This document shows positions 60,369 to 64,000 of a stretch of 64,000 nucleotides of DNA, piece after piece. Both the position numbers and the translations under genes were made by a program. Each line of letters opens with the position of its first letter. The stretch's first letter is position 1. The notes below the pieces were generated by a model that did not search any database, was not told the DNA's origin, and saw only the letters and a list, made by a program, of their open reading frames with translations. The stretch is from Chiloscyllium plagiosum (Eukaryota), in the NCBI RefSeq assembly GCF_004010195.1, contig NC_057750.1, positions 130,734 to 194,733 of the forward strand, read 5' to 3'.

Positions 60369-61968
60369 TGTTAGACTGATGTCTCCTTGTTAGATGCATA
60401 TCTCAGTGTTAGACTCACATCTCAGTGTTAGACTGATGTCTCGGTGTTAGACTCACATCTCGGTGTTAGACTCAGGTCTCAGTATTAGACTGATGTCTCG
60501 GTGTTAGACTCACATCTTGGTGTTAGACTCAGGTCTCAGTATTAGACTGATGTCTCGGTGTTAGACTCACATCTCAGTGTTAGACTCAGGTCTCAGTATT
60601 AGATTGATGTCTCGGTGTTAGACTCACATCTCAGTGTTAGACTCAGGTCTCAGTATTAGATTGATGTCTCGGTGTTAGACTTACATCTCAGTGTTAGACT
60701 CAGGTCTCAGTGTTAGACTCACATCTCAGTGTTAGACTCAGGTCTCAGTGTTAGACTGATGTCTCAGTGTTAGGCTCAGGTCTTAATGCTAGATTCATGT
60801 CTCAGTGTTAGACTGATGTCTCAGTGTTAGACTCAGGTCTCAGTGTTAGACTGATGTCTCAGTGTTAGGCTCAGGTCTCAGTGTTAGACTTGGTCTCAGT
60901 GTTAAACTCATGACTCAGTGTTAGACTGATGCCTCGGTGTTAGACTCACATCTCGGTGTTAGACTCAGGTCTCAGTGTTAGACTCAGGTCTCAGTATTAG
61001 ACTGATGTCTCGGTGTTAGACTCATGTCTTAGTGTTAGACTGATGTCTCGGTGTTAGACTCACATCTCAGTGTTAGACTCAGGTCTCAGTATTAGACTGA
61101 TGTCTCGGTGTTAGATTCATGTCTTAGTGTTAGACTGATGTCTCGGTGTTAGACTCACGTCTCAGTGTTAGACTCAGGTCTCAGTATTAGACTGATGTCT
61201 CGGTGTTAGACTTACATCTCAGTGTTGGACTCACGTCTCAGTGTTAGACTCACGTCTCAGTATTAGACTCAGGTCTCAGTATTAGACTGATGTCTCGGTG
61301 TTAGACTTACATCTCAGTGTTAGACTCACATCTCAGTGTTAGACTCAGGTCTCAGTGTTAGGCTCAGGTCTCAGTGTTAGACTCAGGTCTCAATGCTAGA
61401 TTCATGTCTCAGTGTTAGACTGATGTCTCAGTGTTAGACTCAGGTCTCAGTGTTAGGCTTGGTCTCAGTGTTAGACTTGGTTTCAGTGCTAAACTCATGA
61501 CTCAGTGTTAGACTGATGTCTCAGTGTTAGACTCACGTCTCAGTGTTAGACTCAGGTCTCAGTGTTAGGCTCAGGTCTCAGTGTTAGACTCAGGTCCCAG
61601 TGTTAGACTCAGGTCTCAGTGTTAGGCTCAGGTCTCAGTGTTAGACTCAGGTCTCAGTATTAGACTCAGGTCTCAGTATTAGATTCATGTCTCAGTGTTA
61701 GACTCAGGTCTCAGTGTTAGACTCAGGTCTCAGTGTTAAGCTCGTGTCTCAGTGTTAGACTCAGGCCTCAGTGTTAGACTCAGGTCTCAGTGTTAGACTC
61801 AGGTCTCAGTGTTAAGCTCATGTCTCAGTGTAGTGTTAGACTCAGGTCTCAGTGTTAAGCTCATGTCTCAGTGTTAGACTCAGGTCTCAATGCTAGATTC
61901 ATGTCTCAGTGTTAGACTGATGTCTCAGTTTTAGACTCGGTCTCAGTGTTAGATTCATGTCTCAGTGT
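60369..61968. repeat. 19-bp minisatellite array, ~84 units, consensus AGACTCAGGTCTCAGTGTT
   Basis: Continuous head-to-tail units, with variants AGACTGATGTCTCGGTGTT, AGACTCACATCTCAGTGTT and AGATTCATGTCTCAGTGTT. Confidence 0.97.
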
Positions 61969-64000
61969 GCCATTTACCATTCTGCCCTCAACCCCCTCCC
62001 AGTGCCAGACAGATTCTGCCTGAAAAGCAGCCACTCTGTGTGCCTGTGTGAAAGAGCATCTGGATACAGCAACACTGCCATCCTTTAACTCTAGCTGAAC
62101 AACCAATTCACTGGAGGCACAGAATGGCACAACGTGGCACCAATACTGCCAGCCTGGAGATTTGTTTCTAAACTAGCGAGAGCTAAATACTGAAACAAAG
62201 AAAAATAGACAATAGGAGCCATGGGCCCTTTGATTTCAATATTATCACGGCTGAGTATCAACTCAGTCCCTGTTCCTGTTTTCTCTCTCATAACGTTTGA
62301 TTCATTTAGCCCCAAGAGCTACATGAAACCTTTTCTTGAAAACTCCTAAGTGGGTAAGTGTAGACCCTTGAGATGCAGCCTGGTCCAATCCATGTTCAGG
62401 TTCCTGTTCACAAAACACATTGCAGCAACCTTTCAATGCCATTGCCGTTCCCTGAAAAGAATGAGAAAAGGAGTAACTGTGAGTTACTGGGATTAATTAA
62501 AAAATACAGAGACTAGTGAAAATAAAGATTTGGAGACAAATGTTAGGTGATCACCCAATAAATATTTGGGCACTTTCATTCTTTAGTTGTGTAAAGTATT
62601 GTAGCATTGCAAAAAATTATAAATATGTTTATAGAAAGAGGCATAACTAATGTGTTTCAGAGTGAATACTCTCTCCAGAGACCATATTCTGTTCAGAGAT
62701 TTGAAGGTTTTCATCTTAGCACAAACCCATAAGAGTTTAAAAGGAGTTTTACTACCATGTTAGGGGTTTCCCTGTCCTTGGAGTTAGACTGCAGATACAT
62801 TGGGTCTTTTTGGAATTGTGTTGATTCTAGTTGTGTGTTCAAACTCCATTCTAGGCCTGAGCTGCCCAGTGCAGTCCTGTTGGGGTGCTGTGCTGTTGGA
62901 ATCACACAATTCTTTTGGTTCAGAAGGAGGCCATTTGGCCCATCATGTCTGCACTGGCTCTCTGAATGTTTTAACTTGTGCCATTCTCCTGCATTTCCCT
63001 GAGTGTGGAAGCTTACCTGACTGCAGGTCACACTGCCTTCCTTCTCATTGAAGTGCACTGGATCCTACAAATACCTATGCAACAGAGGAGAAGGAACAAA
63101 GGAGTGAAGGATGAGAATGAGCTATCACTGGTGTTAATGGCAGAGCAGCAAAATGATGTTTGGTTGCTCCTGGAAGTCTTGCTTGCCCCTCCTCCAGCCA
63201 GCTGTCGCTCCTTTCTCCTCAGACAGGGTGAGGAACCAAAGGTGATCCAGCTCATCAGCAGGCTTGGCTCTTTCAACCGGATTCTGACAGTATTTCTTTC
63301 CTGCAATAACATAAAGAGAGGGTCTGAGTATTTGCTGAGGGGTGTGTGCAATGGTAGCTTCAGAGTGAATTGTGGGTAAAGAGAGAGAAGATGGAGGCAC
63401 GTGGTGTGCAAGAGCTAACATTGGGCACTGCTGTGCAAGTGTTTGACCCTGATGACTACCATGAGCCTGAGTGATGAGGTCCTTTGTTAGTCTGGAGGAA
63501 GCAACACTGACCTTCCATCACTCCCTTTGTCCACCAGGAAGGAAGAGGATGCTAGTTTCCTCTCTGTGACATGTCCTCATTGATCACAGTTAAACAACAG
63601 TGTCTGAAGGGCAGGTTGGGACTTGTAGCTCCTGAAACAATGTGGAGACATGGTTCAACAATCACAGCACAAGAGAAGTCACAGTCATCATGAATCTCCC
63701 CAAAATAAATCCACTTTCCCAAATATTGGGCAACCTCAGTCCTGTTTCGTAATAAACTGTGGCTCTCTCCATAAAATCAGTGGATCGTCCATAGATGCCA
63801 TGTCAACCAAAATTATTTAAATTGGACAGTTTTCAAAACTTTCACCTTTGCAGAGAAAAAAAACATTTTTTTTGTTTCTTCATTTTGAAAACTTCATTCA
63901 GCAAACAGTTGAGAAATGCTCAGGTTTCCTGCATATTAGTTGCTGGGTTTACCCAGAGGGAGCTGTACTCAAGCTGTGCATAGGGAGATTGTGGAGATAC

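Noticed and set aside
60369..61968. CRISPR array or repeated V(D)J recombination signals
   Set aside because: Units are contiguous with no unique spacers, there are no cas genes, and the context is eukaryotic. CTCAGTG is one mismatch from the RSS heptamer but no nonamer is present.
62978..63421. Overlapping 95-133 aa ORFs near the window end
   Set aside because: No recognisable domain or splice structure. Possibly an old transposon relic, but unsupported.

Overview
This is vertebrate nuclear DNA, almost certainly from a cartilaginous fish (shark-type repeat families), in a draft assembly with three N-gaps. No host protein-coding gene can be called with confidence, so the window looks intronic or intergenic. 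About half of it is decayed mobile DNA. That includes many CR1-clade LINE copies (one nearly full-length copy with ORF1 has a second CR1 nested inside it), an RTE relic, tRNA-derived SINEs (HE1/V-SINE-like and SacSINE/Deu-like), a Gypsy integrase-PPT-LTR end plus a solo LTR, and PIF/Harbinger transposase and Myb/SANT relics. There are also four Penelope-like (GIY-YIG) element ends and a 1.6-kb array of a 19-bp repeat. The most interesting signal is at the RNA level. At least four unrelated Penelope-associated repeat families carry a minimal type I hammerhead ribozyme motif (CUGANGA...stem II...GAAA-N-N-U-H) with an invariant core and covarying stems. Two copies look structurally intact (28169-28203 and 38173-38212, both minus strand). 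Short non-coding hairpin derivatives of these repeats sit between clear 11-18 bp target-site duplications. All family assignments come from recalled motifs, not from database searches.
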